A DNA stretch of 60,828 bases from positions 1 through 60,828 of IMG/VR virus record IMGVR_UViG_3300035670_000220. One strand, 5' to 3'. Below the pieces are notes generated by a model. The model was not told the origin of the DNA. It ran no database searches and saw nothing but the letters and a program-made list of their open reading frames with translations. Source of the stretch: a virus. Its lineage: Duplodnaviria > Caudoviricetes. Numbering within the stretch: position 1 is the stretch's first letter; every line of letters begins with the position of its first letter. Shown here piece by piece: positions 8,968-18,579 of the stretch. The position numbers and the translations under genes were made by a program.

Positions 8968-10794
8968 ATGACTCAAGGACGAACTGATTTGTCGGGAGTG
9001 CAGCTGCATCTCATTGACAGTGTTGAAAAAGCCAATGCCTTTATTAGATGGTTGGGTGAAAGACGCCCATACAACGCTATAGGAATCGACACAGAAACTG
9101 GCGAACTTCCGGGCGGTAAGCGCGAAGATGCGTTGTCTCCTTGGCATGGACAGCTCCGACTTGTTCAAATTGGAGACAGCCAGCAAGGCTGGGCAATCCC
9201 GTGGGGTGAGTGGTCTGGTGTCTTCTATGAGGCTATGGACAAGTTTGATGGACCAATTGTCTGTCACAACATTGCTTTCGAAGCGCGTTGGTTTGATATT
9301 CAGTCTCGCTGGAAAATTCCGTGGGAGCGTGCTCACGACACCATGATTATGGCGCACATCATTGACCCGCTCGGGTCTGGTGCGTTGAAGAAGCTGTCAT
9401 CTCAATACATTGACCCCAACGCTGCTCGTCTACAAGATGGCTTAGATATGGGTCTTGCCCAGAACGGATGGACTTGGGGAACAGTCCCAATCAACTTTCA
9501 GCCCTATTGGTCTTATGGTGCTCTTGACCCTGTTATCACTATGCGCTTGTGGGAGATGTTCTACGAGAAGTGCGGCCCAGAAGGTCCGTACCACAAGGCT
9601 TACGAACTTGAAATGGCAACACGAAAGATTGTCACTCGCATGGAACTCAATGGTGCTCGTGTTGACCTTGAGTATTCCAAGAACAAGTACGAAGAGCTAA
9701 TTGATTACACCGAGAAGACAAAACTCTGGGCCTACAACAAATACAACGCATCAATCACAAGCAACGTTCAGTTGGTTCGTTTGCTTGAAGAGCTTGGCGC
9801 AGAGATTACGGAGTACACCCCTTCTGGTCAGAAGTCTGCTTCCAAAGACCAACTGAAGAAGTTGATGATTGATGGAAATGAAGAAGTTAAAAATCTTGCA
9901 GACACTGTTCTCAAGCAGCGCAAAGCAGACAAACTTGCCAATACATACTTCCTAAACTTTATGAACAAGCACATCGACGGCTTTGTTCACCCATCCGTCA
10001 AAACGCTAGGCGCACGCACGAGCCGCATGTCGATAACGGACCCTGCATTGCAAACCCTCCCAAAGGGCGATGCAACCGTGCGCCGTGCGTTTCTCCCTAA
10101 AGATGATGACCATGTGATTATCACCTCTGACTTGGACCAAGTTGAGTTTCGAATGTTCGCTTCGTTGTCTAACGACCCAAACTTGATTCAACTGTTCCAC
10201 CTTGCAGATGCAACTGGCTCTGACCCATTCACCGAGATTGGTCGTCAGGTCTACCAAGACCCAACGATGCAAAAGTCTGACAAGCGTCGTAACCTCATCA
10301 AGGGCGTTGTCTACGGTCGTCTGTATGGCGCTGGTGTAGCTAAGCAGGCTCTTACCGCTGGAGTCCCTGAGCCTCAGATGCGTGCTGTCTCTGACTCGTT
10401 TGACCAGAACTACCCAGGTATGGCAAAGTTCCAAAAAGAAATTGACAACATCGGTCAGCGTCGTCTGCGTGAGGAAGGTCAGGGCTATGTCTATACATGG
10501 ACTGGTCGTCGTATCCCTTGTGATGAAGACCGCACCTACACCTTGGTCAACTACTTAATCCAAGGCGGAGCAGCTGAAGTGTTCAAGAGCAATCTCGTAA
10601 AGCTGGACCAAGCAGACCTAACTGATTACCTGATTGTCCCAGTGCACGACGAAATTGTTCTTCAAGCTCCTAGAGCAGATGCTGAAGAGATAAAGCAACT
10701 TGTAAGACAATGTATGACAACGACGGAAGGCTGGGCAGTCCCTTTAACTGCTGACGCAGATGGACCGCTTGAGAATTGGGGAGCGAAATACTAA
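8968..10794 (+). CDS. polA: Family A DNA polymerase (3'-5' exonuclease plus polymerase, no 5'-3' exonuclease)
   Basis: ExoI DTET, ExoII HNIAFE, ExoIII YGALD; motif A SDLDQVEFR, motif B RNLIKGVVYGRLYG, motif C VHDE. Confidence 0.95.
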   Translation: MTQGRTDLSGVQLHLIDSVEKANAFIRWLGERRPYNAIGIDTETGELPGGKREDALSPWHGQLRLVQIGDSQQGWAIPWGEWSGVFYEAMDKFDGPIVCHNIAFEARWFDIQSRWKIPWERAHDTMIMAHIIDPLGSGALKKLSSQYIDPNAARLQDGLDMGLAQNGWTWGTVPINFQPYWSYGALDPVITMRLWEMFYEKCGPEGPYHKAYELEMATRKIVTRMELNGARVDLEYSKNKYEELIDYTEKTKLWAYNKYNASITSNVQLVRLLEELGAEITEYTPSGQKSASKDQLKKLMIDGNEEVKNLADTVLKQRKADKLANTYFLNFMNKHIDGFVHPSVKTLGARTSRMSITDPALQTLPKGDATVRRAFLPKDDDHVIITSDLDQVEFRMFASLSNDPNLIQLFHLADATGSDPFTEIGRQVYQDPTMQKSDKRRNLIKGVVYGRLYGAGVAKQALTAGVPEPQMRAVSDSFDQNYPGMAKFQKEIDNIGQRRLREEGQGYVYTWTGRRIPCDEDRTYTLVNYLIQGGAAEVFKSNLVKLDQADLTDYLIVPVHDEIVLQAPRADAEEIKQLVRQCMTTTEGWAVPLTADADGPLENWGAKY

Positions 10795-10796
10795 CC

Positions 10797-11117
10797 GTGA
10801 ATAAGTACCTTGAAAAGGCACTTGAACTCGCAAAGACGAGCAAGTGTCGATACAAGCATGGTTGCGTTGTGGTTTCCAAGGGAAAGGTTGTAGCTCAAGC
10901 AACTAACAAAAAGATTGGAGACCCAGAGACTGCGTGGAGGCGCTCTCATGTCCACGCGGAGATAGCTGCCGTTGTTGCAGCTGGGACACTTGCTAATGGT
11001 GCGATGGTTTATGTAGCCAGAGTCAATAAGGCTGGAGAGCCAGTCCTATCTAAGCCTTGCGTGAAGTGCGAGAGGTATCTAAAGAGATACGGAGTGGCAG
11101 GAGTGGTGTGGACATGA
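10797..11117 (+). CDS. Zn-dependent cytidine/dCMP deaminase-like protein
   Basis: HAE and PCxxC (KPCVKC) motifs; likely GTG start 2 nt after the polA stop. Confidence 0.8.
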   Translation: MNKYLEKALELAKTSKCRYKHGCVVVSKGKVVAQATNKKIGDPETAWRRSHVHAEIAAVVAAGTLANGAMVYVARVNKAGEPVLSKPCVKCERYLKRYGVAGVVWT

Positions 11118-11581
11118 TTGTTGTAATGGCTGTTGACCCTGGCAAGACCACTGGCTTTGCTGTCGTTGAGTGGGATAAACAATCTGACGAAGTTCGTGTT
11201 GCTTATTCAGCAGAGCTTGATTTTGAGGGCTTCGCCAAAACAGCAGACGAGTGCCTCTCAAACGTCCCTGAGCAAGACTTTCATGTGGTTTGCGAGAGTT
11301 TTATCATAAATGCTCAAACCGTTAGAAACTCGCAGGCACCATTCTCACTGGAGCAAATTGGGGTTCTGAAGTATCTATGCTGGAAGTCTGGCTACGAACC
11401 CTCTAGAATCGCTTTCCAAGCCCCTGTGAACGCCAAAAACATGTTCCCCAACCCAACACTCAAGGAGTTGGGAACGTGGCACAGAGGGGGCGATGGGCAC
11501 GCTAATGATGCCATTAGGCATGGTTTGCTAAGGCTCGTCAAAGCTGGATGGGTCCCTAAATCCCTCCTAAAAAACACCTAA
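11114..11581 (+). CDS. RuvC-like Holliday junction resolvase (RNase H fold)
   Basis: N-terminal AVDPGKTTG, VVCE and C-terminal HANDAIRH; ATGA overlap with the previous gene. Confidence 0.75.
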   Translation: MIVVMAVDPGKTTGFAVVEWDKQSDEVRVAYSAELDFEGFAKTADECLSNVPEQDFHVVCESFIINAQTVRNSQAPFSLEQIGVLKYLCWKSGYEPSRIAFQAPVNAKNMFPNPTLKELGTWHRGGDGHANDAIRHGLLRLVKAGWVPKSLLKNT

Positions 11582-11600
11582 CAAGAAAAACAAAAAAACT

Positions 11601-11630
11601 TTGCAAATGCTGTTAGGCATCTGCTATAGT
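11601..11630 (+). promoter_or_regulatory. Sigma70/SigA-type promoter for the helicase-recombination genes
   Basis: TTGCAA-N18-TATAGT with an extended -10 TG, preceded by an A-tract, in the intergenic gap. Confidence 0.6.
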
Positions 11631-11659
11631 GAGAGACCTAGAGACGAAAGGTTGGTCAA

Positions 11660-13471
11660 GTGCCCGTTCTGGTTGACCTAGACAACGAGAAGACACACAT
11701 TCTCATCACCGCCGATTGGCGTTTTAAAGAACTATGCAAAAGCCTGCCGGGCTCATCTTGGTCGCAGAAGGAGCAGGTCTGGCGAGTCCCACTTAGCTGG
11801 TCAAGTTGCCAAGCACTTCGCTCCACATTTCAGTCGGAGCTTGAGATTGGCCCAGAACTTATGCAGTGGGCCACAGACGAAAAGACGAATCGCATTGAAC
11901 CATCTCTTTCGCTTCGTGAGCTTGAAGAGTATGAGGGAGATGAAGACCTTTTCCCTCACCAGCGTGCAGGTGTTGCGTACCTTGCAACAGCAAAGCGTGC
12001 GCTTCTAGCAGACGAACCCGGCCTAGGTAAGAGTGCTCAGGCAATTAGAGCGTTGAAGGCAATGCGTGACCGTGGAGAAGAAGTTTTCCCAACGCTTATT
12101 GTCTGCCCCAACACTCTGAAGAAGAACTGGGAGCGAGAGATTCGCAGGTGGTGGCCTGAGACAACAACTCAAATCATCAAGGGAACTGCGGCTCAACGCA
12201 AGAAGCAATTCGAGATTGCTAAAGAAAGCAACATTGATTTCATCATTATTAACTGGGAGTCGTTGCGTACACACTCTCGGCTCTCGCCATACGGCTCAGT
12301 AGCACTCACTCGTTGTTCAGCATGTGGAGGTCACGATGAATCAGTCAGCGCAAACCGATGCGAAGTCCACACCAGAGAACTCAACGAGATTGACTTCAAG
12401 GCAGTCATCGCAGATGAGATTCATAGAAGTAAGGAACCAAAGTCTAAACAAACTCGTGCGCTTTGGTCAGCAACGGGCGATGCGGACATTAGATTCGCGC
12501 TCACGGGGACTCCGATAGCAAACAACGTAGTAGACCTTTGGAGCATCCTCCACTGGATTAGCCCTAAGGATTGGCCCAGCAAGACAAAGTGGATTGAGCG
12601 AATGATTGACACGATGCTCAACGCTTTTGGTGGCATGTTGGTTCTCGGTGTGAAGCCTCACATGCAGGATGAGTTCTACCGAACCATTAACCCATACATG
12701 CGTCGAATGCTTAAGCAGAAGGTTCTTCCTTGGCTTCCTGAGGTCATTAATGACCGTCGTGATGTCGAAATGTCTGCAAAGCAGAAGAAAGCTTACGACC
12801 AGATGCGAGACCTAATGCTTGCCGAGCTTGAGTCTGGCGATGTGTTGACTGCACCCAGTATTTTGACTCAAACAACTCGTTTGAACCAGTTTGCAAACTC
12901 ATACGCAACAATGGAACTCAACGAGGTGACTGGAGAACTAAAAGCAACTTTGTCAGAGCCCTCTTGTAAGGTTGATGCTCTGATGGATGACATTAAAAAC
13001 GGAGACTTTGGTGACGATTCAGTCGCTGTGTGCGCTGTCTCTAAGCAACTGATTAATCTTCTCAGTGCCGCTTTGACCAAGGAAAAGATTGACCACGGTC
13101 TTATTACTGGCGACCAAGATGAAGACGAACGACAGAAGTCTATTGACGACTTCCAAAGCGGAAAGACCAAATTCATTCTCTTTACAGCGCAAGCTGGTGG
13201 TGTTGGTGTAACTCTGACAGCTGCTCGCAGACTTGTAATGCTTCAGCGTCCTTGGTCGCTAGTTGACTACAAGCAGGCAGTTGACCGAGTTCACCGTATC
13301 GGCTCAGAGATTCACAACTCTGTCATCATCACCGACTACGTTACTGAGGGAAGCATCGAAGAAAGAGTTATTCAGGTTCTCGAAACCAAGTCTGAAAACT
13401 TTGAGGAAGTTGTTCGAGACAGAGACCAGCTCATTTCGATTCTTATAGAAAGCAAGGGAGCAAAGAAATGA
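11660..13471 (+). CDS. SNF2-family DNA helicase
   Basis: DEPGLGKS Walker A, DEIH Walker B, LTGTP motif III, QAVDRVHRIG motif VI. Confidence 0.92.
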   Translation: MPVLVDLDNEKTHILITADWRFKELCKSLPGSSWSQKEQVWRVPLSWSSCQALRSTFQSELEIGPELMQWATDEKTNRIEPSLSLRELEEYEGDEDLFPHQRAGVAYLATAKRALLADEPGLGKSAQAIRALKAMRDRGEEVFPTLIVCPNTLKKNWEREIRRWWPETTTQIIKGTAAQRKKQFEIAKESNIDFIIINWESLRTHSRLSPYGSVALTRCSACGGHDESVSANRCEVHTRELNEIDFKAVIADEIHRSKEPKSKQTRALWSATGDADIRFALTGTPIANNVVDLWSILHWISPKDWPSKTKWIERMIDTMLNAFGGMLVLGVKPHMQDEFYRTINPYMRRMLKQKVLPWLPEVINDRRDVEMSAKQKKAYDQMRDLMLAELESGDVLTAPSILTQTTRLNQFANSYATMELNEVTGELKATLSEPSCKVDALMDDIKNGDFGDDSVAVCAVSKQLINLLSAALTKEKIDHGLITGDQDEDERQKSIDDFQSGKTKFILFTAQAGGVGVTLTAARRLVMLQRPWSLVDYKQAVDRVHRIGSEIHNSVIITDYVTEGSIEERVIQVLETKSENFEEVVRDRDQLISILIESKGAKK

Positions 13472-14394
13472 GCGTTGTACGACTCTCAAATTCAGAACTA
13501 CAAACATTCAAAGACTGCAGACGTAAGTGGTGGTTTCAGTACTACCGCAGGCTTCAGCCAAAGTACAAAGACACGACTGGTGCACTTGCTCTAGGTAGTC
13601 GTATCCACGCTGCTTTGGATGATTACTACTCCAATGGCACGCCTTTGCTACAGTCGCACGCTAACTTGGTTAATGCCGAGAAAGCGATGCTGTTGGAAGA
13701 GTTCAAAGATGTCTCAGAGCTTGAGAAAGAAGCCGAACTTGGGCACATCATGCTTGAGGGCTATCTCCAGTGGGTCGAAGAGAACGGCATTGATGCCGAA
13801 CTTGAGATGATTTCGACAGAAGAGCAAATCACTGCTCCTCTTTTCAATGGAGAAGTCGAGTTAACTGGAAAGCTTGACATGCGTGTTCGTCGCAAGGCTG
13901 ATGGAGTTCGTATGTTCCGCGACTTTAAGACAGTCGGTGGCTCTCTTGGTGATTTTGCAAACCTTGCCCCAATGAATGAACAGATTTTGACTTATATGCT
14001 CTTGGAATCAACCAAGGCTGATGAGTCAGAGCGGTCAGATGGCGGAATCTTCACGATGTTGAAGAAAGTTCGTCGCTCTGCTGCTGCCAGACCGCCTTTC
14101 TATGACCAGATTGAGGTCAGGCACAACATCTTCACCCTCAGGTCCTTCTGGGACCGTATCCACGGCACTATTGCTGACCTTATGAGGGTCCGCAAAGCTT
14201 TGGATGAGGGGGAGAACCCAGCCTTCCATGCGTACCCACGGCCTAGCCGTGATTGCAAGTGGAAGTGTCCGTTTTTCAACGTATGCACTCTGGTAGATGA
14301 CGGAAGTGCGGCAGAGCAAGCGATTAGTGAGCTGTTTGTAGAGACAGACCCCTACGCTTACTATGGAACACAAGACAACAAAGGAAGCGAGTGA
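13468..14394 (+). CDS. PD-(D/E)XK (RecB/Cas4-like) exonuclease
   Basis: LSNSELQTFKDCRRKW, GKLD...DFKT and a C-terminal CKWKCPFFNVC Cys cluster. Confidence 0.85.
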   Translation: MSVVRLSNSELQTFKDCRRKWWFQYYRRLQPKYKDTTGALALGSRIHAALDDYYSNGTPLLQSHANLVNAEKAMLLEEFKDVSELEKEAELGHIMLEGYLQWVEENGIDAELEMISTEEQITAPLFNGEVELTGKLDMRVRRKADGVRMFRDFKTVGGSLGDFANLAPMNEQILTYMLLESTKADESERSDGGIFTMLKKVRRSAAARPPFYDQIEVRHNIFTLRSFWDRIHGTIADLMRVRKALDEGENPAFHAYPRPSRDCKWKCPFFNVCTLVDDGSAAEQAISELFVETDPYAYYGTQDNKGSE

Positions 14395-14397
14395 CGC

Positions 14398-15183
14398 ATG
14401 AGTAATATTCAGCGGTCGCTAACCGTAATGGTTTACGGAGAATCGAAGGTTGGTAAGTCATCCTTCGCCGTAACCGCTCCCTATCCGCGTCTTATGCTCG
14501 ATGTTGAGGGCGGACACCGATTCCTCCCTATCAACATCAAGTACTGGGACCCGCTTAGGGAAGAGCCACCCGTTGCTGACGGGACTTGGGATACCGCAGT
14601 AGTTCCTGTTCGGGATTACGACACGGTTATCAAGACCTACCAGTGGCTTCAGGCAGGAAAGCACCAATTCAAGAGCTTGATTATCGACTCCATCTCGGAG
14701 TTGCAGGTCAAGTGCATGGACAGCATCGCAGGTAGCGAACAGATGAAGATGCAGCAGTGGGGAGAACTTCTTCGCCACATGGGCGGTCTTCTGCGCGACT
14801 TGCGTGACCTAACCATGCACCCCACAAATCCACTAGAGGCAGTCGTTCTAACAGCGATGTCTCGTGTGACTCAGGATGGGCGTCATCGTCCATACCTGCA
14901 GGGACAGCTAGCCATTCAGGCACCGTACTTCTACGACATTCTCGGTGCGTTGACTGTTGAAACTGTTCCTAACCCAGACCCACTTCAGCAGCCGTTTAAG
15001 GTTCGTCGTATGTACGTCGAGCGCACAACGGACTATGAGGCGGGAGAGCGAGTCCAAGGACGGTTGGGCTCGATTGTAGAACAGCAGAATCTCTCTATTG
15101 AGATGATGCTTGATACCATCTTCGGCCCCCGTCAAGCCGAAAAGACACCTTCTACTAAGAAGGAGAAAGAGGTAGCAGTATGA
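14398..15183 (+). CDS. Sak4-like AAA ATPase / ssDNA annealing protein
   Basis: YGESKVGKS Walker A, IIDSISE Walker B; sits between a nuclease and an SSB, the usual phage recombination trio. Confidence 0.82.
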   Translation: MSNIQRSLTVMVYGESKVGKSSFAVTAPYPRLMLDVEGGHRFLPINIKYWDPLREEPPVADGTWDTAVVPVRDYDTVIKTYQWLQAGKHQFKSLIIDSISELQVKCMDSIAGSEQMKMQQWGELLRHMGGLLRDLRDLTMHPTNPLEAVVLTAMSRVTQDGRHRPYLQGQLAIQAPYFYDILGALTVETVPNPDPLQQPFKVRRMYVERTTDYEAGERVQGRLGSIVEQQNLSIEMMLDTIFGPRQAEKTPSTKKEKEVAV

Positions 15184-15731
15184 GTTCACTCAACTGGTCA
15201 GACCTAATTAAAGAAGCAGGAGAGACAAACTCCTACGAACCAATTCCAGATGGTGACTACAACTTCACCGTTCTGGAAGGAGTAGCGAAGGTTACTCAGT
15301 CAGGCAAGACCATGTTCAGCCTGAAGGCTCAGGTTGAGGGTGGACCTCACAACAAGCGCCTCGTCTGGGACAACCTAGTTATCTCTCCTGACAACCCAAC
15401 AGCTTTGGGCATCTTCTTCCGCAAGATGAGCGCAATGGGTCTCTCAAAGGACTTCTTTGACCGCAACCCAACTAACGCCCAGATTGAGCAAGCCTTGACT
15501 GGTCGTCAGTTTCGTGGTCAGGTCGGTTCACGGACCTACAACGGCAACAAGCGTAATGAAATCAAGAATTACTACCCTGTTGCCAACGCAACCACCACTA
15601 CAGCCTCGGCTCCTGCAGCACCTGCAGTCGCTCAGGCTCCTGCAGCACCTCCTGCTCCGCCTGCACCTCCAGCAGCTCCGAGCACCGCTGGTGCGGCAAC
15701 ACCTTCAGCAGCTCCAGCTGCACCGTTCTGA
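15180..15731 (+). CDS. Single-stranded DNA-binding protein (DUF669-like)
   Basis: PIPDGDY...SGKTM...WDNLV...RNEIKNY followed by an Ala/Pro-rich tail ending in PF. Confidence 0.8.
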   Translation: MSSLNWSDLIKEAGETNSYEPIPDGDYNFTVLEGVAKVTQSGKTMFSLKAQVEGGPHNKRLVWDNLVISPDNPTALGIFFRKMSAMGLSKDFFDRNPTNAQIEQALTGRQFRGQVGSRTYNGNKRNEIKNYYPVANATTTTASAPAAPAVAQAPAAPPAPPAPPAAPSTAGAATPSAAPAAPF

Positions 15732-15762
15732 TAACCACTTCAGAGCAGTAGGAAACTGGATT

Positions 15763-15798
15763 GCCGCCCAGCCCGATTGCGGGGTTGGGCGGCTTTCT
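15763..15798 (+). terminator. Intrinsic terminator after SSB
   Basis: GCCGCCCAGCCC / GGGTTGGGCGGC stem followed by TTTCT. Confidence 0.7.
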
Positions 15799-15852
15799 AG
15801 TTATTTTGGAGCACTCAGGCTCCCGCTTTTGTAACGAGGAAGATGATGACAA

Positions 15853-16872
15853 ATGAAGATTTTGATTACTGGATGTACGGCTAGCCAAGCATCAGCACGA
15901 ACTGTCGCAAGTCCTATCAATTTTGTGAACCTGATGCAGAGGGCTTTGCTAGATGCTGGAGTTGATGCTGTGGTCCAGCCACCATCTATCAATAGAACGA
16001 TTGAAGAACTTGAGCAGTACGACAAAGTTATTCTTGGAATTGCCCCACCGACGAGCGCATCAGCGCATTACCTGTATCAGGCTTTTTCCGTAGGACATAA
16101 AGCGAACAAGATTGGCAACCTTCAGCTGTTTGTTGATGCCCCAGAGCCCCACAAGATTCAAGCTTCGATTAACTCGTTGGTTTCTGGCAAGTCAGACCTA
16201 ACTAAAGAATTTTTTGCAGGAAGAAAGAATTACTCGAACTTTATAAAAGACAACAATTTAAGAACAGAAGTAAACAACTTCGTGATGTTCCTCAGTAAAA
16301 ACGTCTGGCCCACAACATACTTTCCTGCATTTCCTTGGTCTGAAAATCCAAAGTCGGTCTCAATGGCTGAAGAAAGTTGGAGCCCTCTGGTCTTAGACTC
16401 ATACATCCTCAACGGTAAATACAAGACCTCAAAGCCCTCAGACACCCCTTACTGGGTTGCAGACTCACCCAACACGCCTTGGGTGAAGTCGATACAGCAG
16501 ACCTTGCACCACGAAGTAGTTCCCATCAAAAAGAACAAGTACGAGACAGAAGAGTCCTACTCCGATAGGGCTAGGTACGCCCTAGGAAGCCTTGTGGCTA
16601 CTTATAGGTCCAACCAGTCGTGGTGGTCTCCCCTGTTATCTCAGTCTTTATCAGTTGGCACACCTGTGGTTACCGACTGGAGGCACACATCCCACATGGG
16701 AATTGAGTGGTCAATTTTGGGTAGCTCCGTAGAAGAAATGGATGACAACAGCAGATATGAACTTGCTGTTTCTCAGAGGAATTCTTATATAAAAGAACTA
16801 CCAAAGGCCAAAAAAGAAGCAGAAAAATTCCTATCCAGAGTTTCCTCTCAGGAAAGGATTATGGTTGTTTAG
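15853..16872 (+). CDS. Putative glycosyltransferase-like protein (possibly DNA-modifying)
   Basis: MKILITGCTASQ...ALLDAG...YDKVILGIAPPTS recalls, from memory only, glycosyltransferases in actinophage nucleotide-metabolism clusters; C-terminal QSLSVGTPVVTD is GT-B-like. Confidence 0.45.
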   Translation: MKILITGCTASQASARTVASPINFVNLMQRALLDAGVDAVVQPPSINRTIEELEQYDKVILGIAPPTSASAHYLYQAFSVGHKANKIGNLQLFVDAPEPHKIQASINSLVSGKSDLTKEFFAGRKNYSNFIKDNNLRTEVNNFVMFLSKNVWPTTYFPAFPWSENPKSVSMAEESWSPLVLDSYILNGKYKTSKPSDTPYWVADSPNTPWVKSIQQTLHHEVVPIKKNKYETEESYSDRARYALGSLVATYRSNQSWWSPLLSQSLSVGTPVVTDWRHTSHMGIEWSILGSSVEEMDDNSRYELAVSQRNSYIKELPKAKKEAEKFLSRVSSQERIMVV

Positions 16873-16925
16873 TCCTTTACTAAACAATCGTATTTCAACT
16901 ACAATCATCTAAGAAAGGAGTCCTC

Positions 16926-17345
16926 ATGGGGAACCTAGATATGGGTTGGGTTAAGACTCAACTTCAAGCAGCAAAAGTTCGTAAGCCAGTCGGGGACGCG
17001 ACAATGAAACTTGTCGAGCTCTTTGACACATTTGAGCTTACGGAAGAGCACCAAAAGAAGACAATTGAAATGTTCTCGAAGCTGGCACAAGGTCATGCTT
17101 TTATTAAAGAGAACAAAAACGAGGTATGGGTACCATGTCGCCCAGGTGACATCAGGGTAGCAGAACAAGTTCGCGTAAAAGCAGACGCTTTCCAAGGAGA
17201 AGCTGGAACTCTTCACAACGGTCGTCGCGGTGTTGTTGTCGCAGTGCGTTATGGAGATGTCATCTTTAAGAGCACTGACGGTAAGGAACCTGTACTAGAC
17301 GGTGCTCACTACCCACCAGACAGACTAGAAAAGCTGGTGAGCTAG
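16926..17345 (+). CDS. Hypothetical protein (helical N-terminus, SH3/KOW-like C-terminus)
   Basis: Strong SD (AAGGAG); C-terminal QVRVK...HNGRRGVVVAVRYG. Confidence 0.75.
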   Translation: MGNLDMGWVKTQLQAAKVRKPVGDATMKLVELFDTFELTEEHQKKTIEMFSKLAQGHAFIKENKNEVWVPCRPGDIRVAEQVRVKADAFQGEAGTLHNGRRGVVVAVRYGDVIFKSTDGKEPVLDGAHYPPDRLEKLVS

Positions 17346-17615
17346 TTGTCATCAATAACGACGACTCTTCGGTTCAAGGTAGAAGGAGACAGCTACCAAG
17401 AACTTTTAGAAGCCGCAGAGACTTCTATTCGTAAGTTTGTCAACTCCGATGATGAAGATGACGAAGACTACGAACTGGACGAAGAGCCATACGAATCAGT
17501 AAGCTCTACCCCGAGGGTGAGCTATGAACTTGTCGTAGAAGAAAACTGCGACATGTCCAGTGAACATCAGTACACCGCCGAAGTGATTGCGAGACTAAAA
17601 GATGACAACAGATAA
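17346..17615 (+). CDS. Acidic hypothetical protein
   Basis: TTG start abutting the previous stop; D/E-rich middle. Confidence 0.6.
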   Translation: MSSITTTLRFKVEGDSYQELLEAAETSIRKFVNSDDEDDEDYELDEEPYESVSSTPRVSYELVVEENCDMSSEHQYTAEVIARLKDDNR

Positions 17616-17940
17616 TTCTGGGCCTCAGATACAAACACCGACAGAAGATTCACCAATTCGTGTTCAAGCTCTTCGAGAAGCAGCTCGAATTATCAATGGT
17701 GACAGAAACAAACAGTATGGTGGACCAGAAGAGAACTTCACAAGAATCGCAAAGATTTGGTCGGTTATTTTTGAGCGAGAGTTCACTCCAGAAGAAGTAG
17801 CAATGGCTATGGTCGGAGTGAAGCTCGCTCGATTTGTTTCTAAGGCTGGTTTCCAACCAGACACATGGATTGACATTGCTGGCTATGCAGGATGCGGGTA
17901 CGAAACTGGTGCCCTAGCCAACAAGGAACAAAATAGCTGA
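17602..17940 (+). CDS. DUF6378-like protein
   Basis: EAARIINGDRNKQYG.PEENFTRIA..W...KLAR...DTWIDIAGYA signature. Confidence 0.8.
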   Translation: MTTDNSGPQIQTPTEDSPIRVQALREAARIINGDRNKQYGGPEENFTRIAKIWSVIFEREFTPEEVAMAMVGVKLARFVSKAGFQPDTWIDIAGYAGCGYETGALANKEQNS

Positions 17941-18284
17941 TGGCTAAATATCCTTGGGAGTTCACAGAAACACCTTGCTCTCAGGTTGGATACGAGACCT
18001 TTTTCTCTAAAGACTACGACGACCCAAAATCTGGTGGCACTACAGACAAAAACTTTAGGGACGCGAAGAAAATTTGCTTTGACTGCCCCTTCAGAATTGC
18101 TTGCGCCGACTGGGGCATTAACTACGAGATTCACGGGGTGTGGGGCGGTCTAACCCCCCGCGAAAGAGAAACTATCAGGAAGAAACGAGACATCACTCTG
18201 CGAGCAGCCAATCCACATGGCTTCTATCGAGTAGAATATTTATATGAGCGCAGAGAGAGTACTGAGCCCACTGCCAACATGTGA
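17940..18284 (+). CDS. whiB: WhiB-family Fe-S transcription factor (copy 1)
   Basis: C...AKKICFDCPFRIAC...GVWGGLTPRER: four Cys plus the G(V/I)WGG turn. Confidence 0.92.
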   Translation: MAKYPWEFTETPCSQVGYETFFSKDYDDPKSGGTTDKNFRDAKKICFDCPFRIACADWGINYEIHGVWGGLTPRERETIRKKRDITLRAANPHGFYRVEYLYERRESTEPTANM

Positions 18285-18579
18285 ACCATGTTGGTTAAAG
18301 ACCCACACAAGGTGGGAGCCAGAAAGTGTGGACGATGAGGGCAACATTTTGATGCGTCTAAAAGGCGTGGACGTTCCCCAAAAGTACAACACCCAAACAG
18401 TTGAAGTCTGCTCTCAGTGCGGCAACATTACGGTCTCTGGAATTTACGAACTTCGTGACCCAGCCGCAGATGCCTACACGAACCATAAAATCACCACCAA
18501 AAGCTCCTCTACAGAAATTGAGTATGAGCTTGAGCCTTCATACGAATCTGACTCGGACGACCAAGATGGGGAGTTCTAG
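18244..18579 (+). CDS. Hypothetical Zn-finger protein
   Basis: CEPC and CSQC pairs, acidic C-terminus. Confidence 0.65.
   Translation: MSAERVLSPLPTCEPCWLKTHTRWEPESVDDEGNILMRLKGVDVPQKYNTQTVEVCSQCGNITVSGIYELRDPAADAYTNHKITTKSSSTEIEYELEPSYESDSDDQDGEF

Noticed and set aside
13468-14394. Cas4 as evidence of a CRISPR system
   Set aside because: It sits in the nuclease-Sak4-SSB recombination trio; no cas1/cas2 or array is present.
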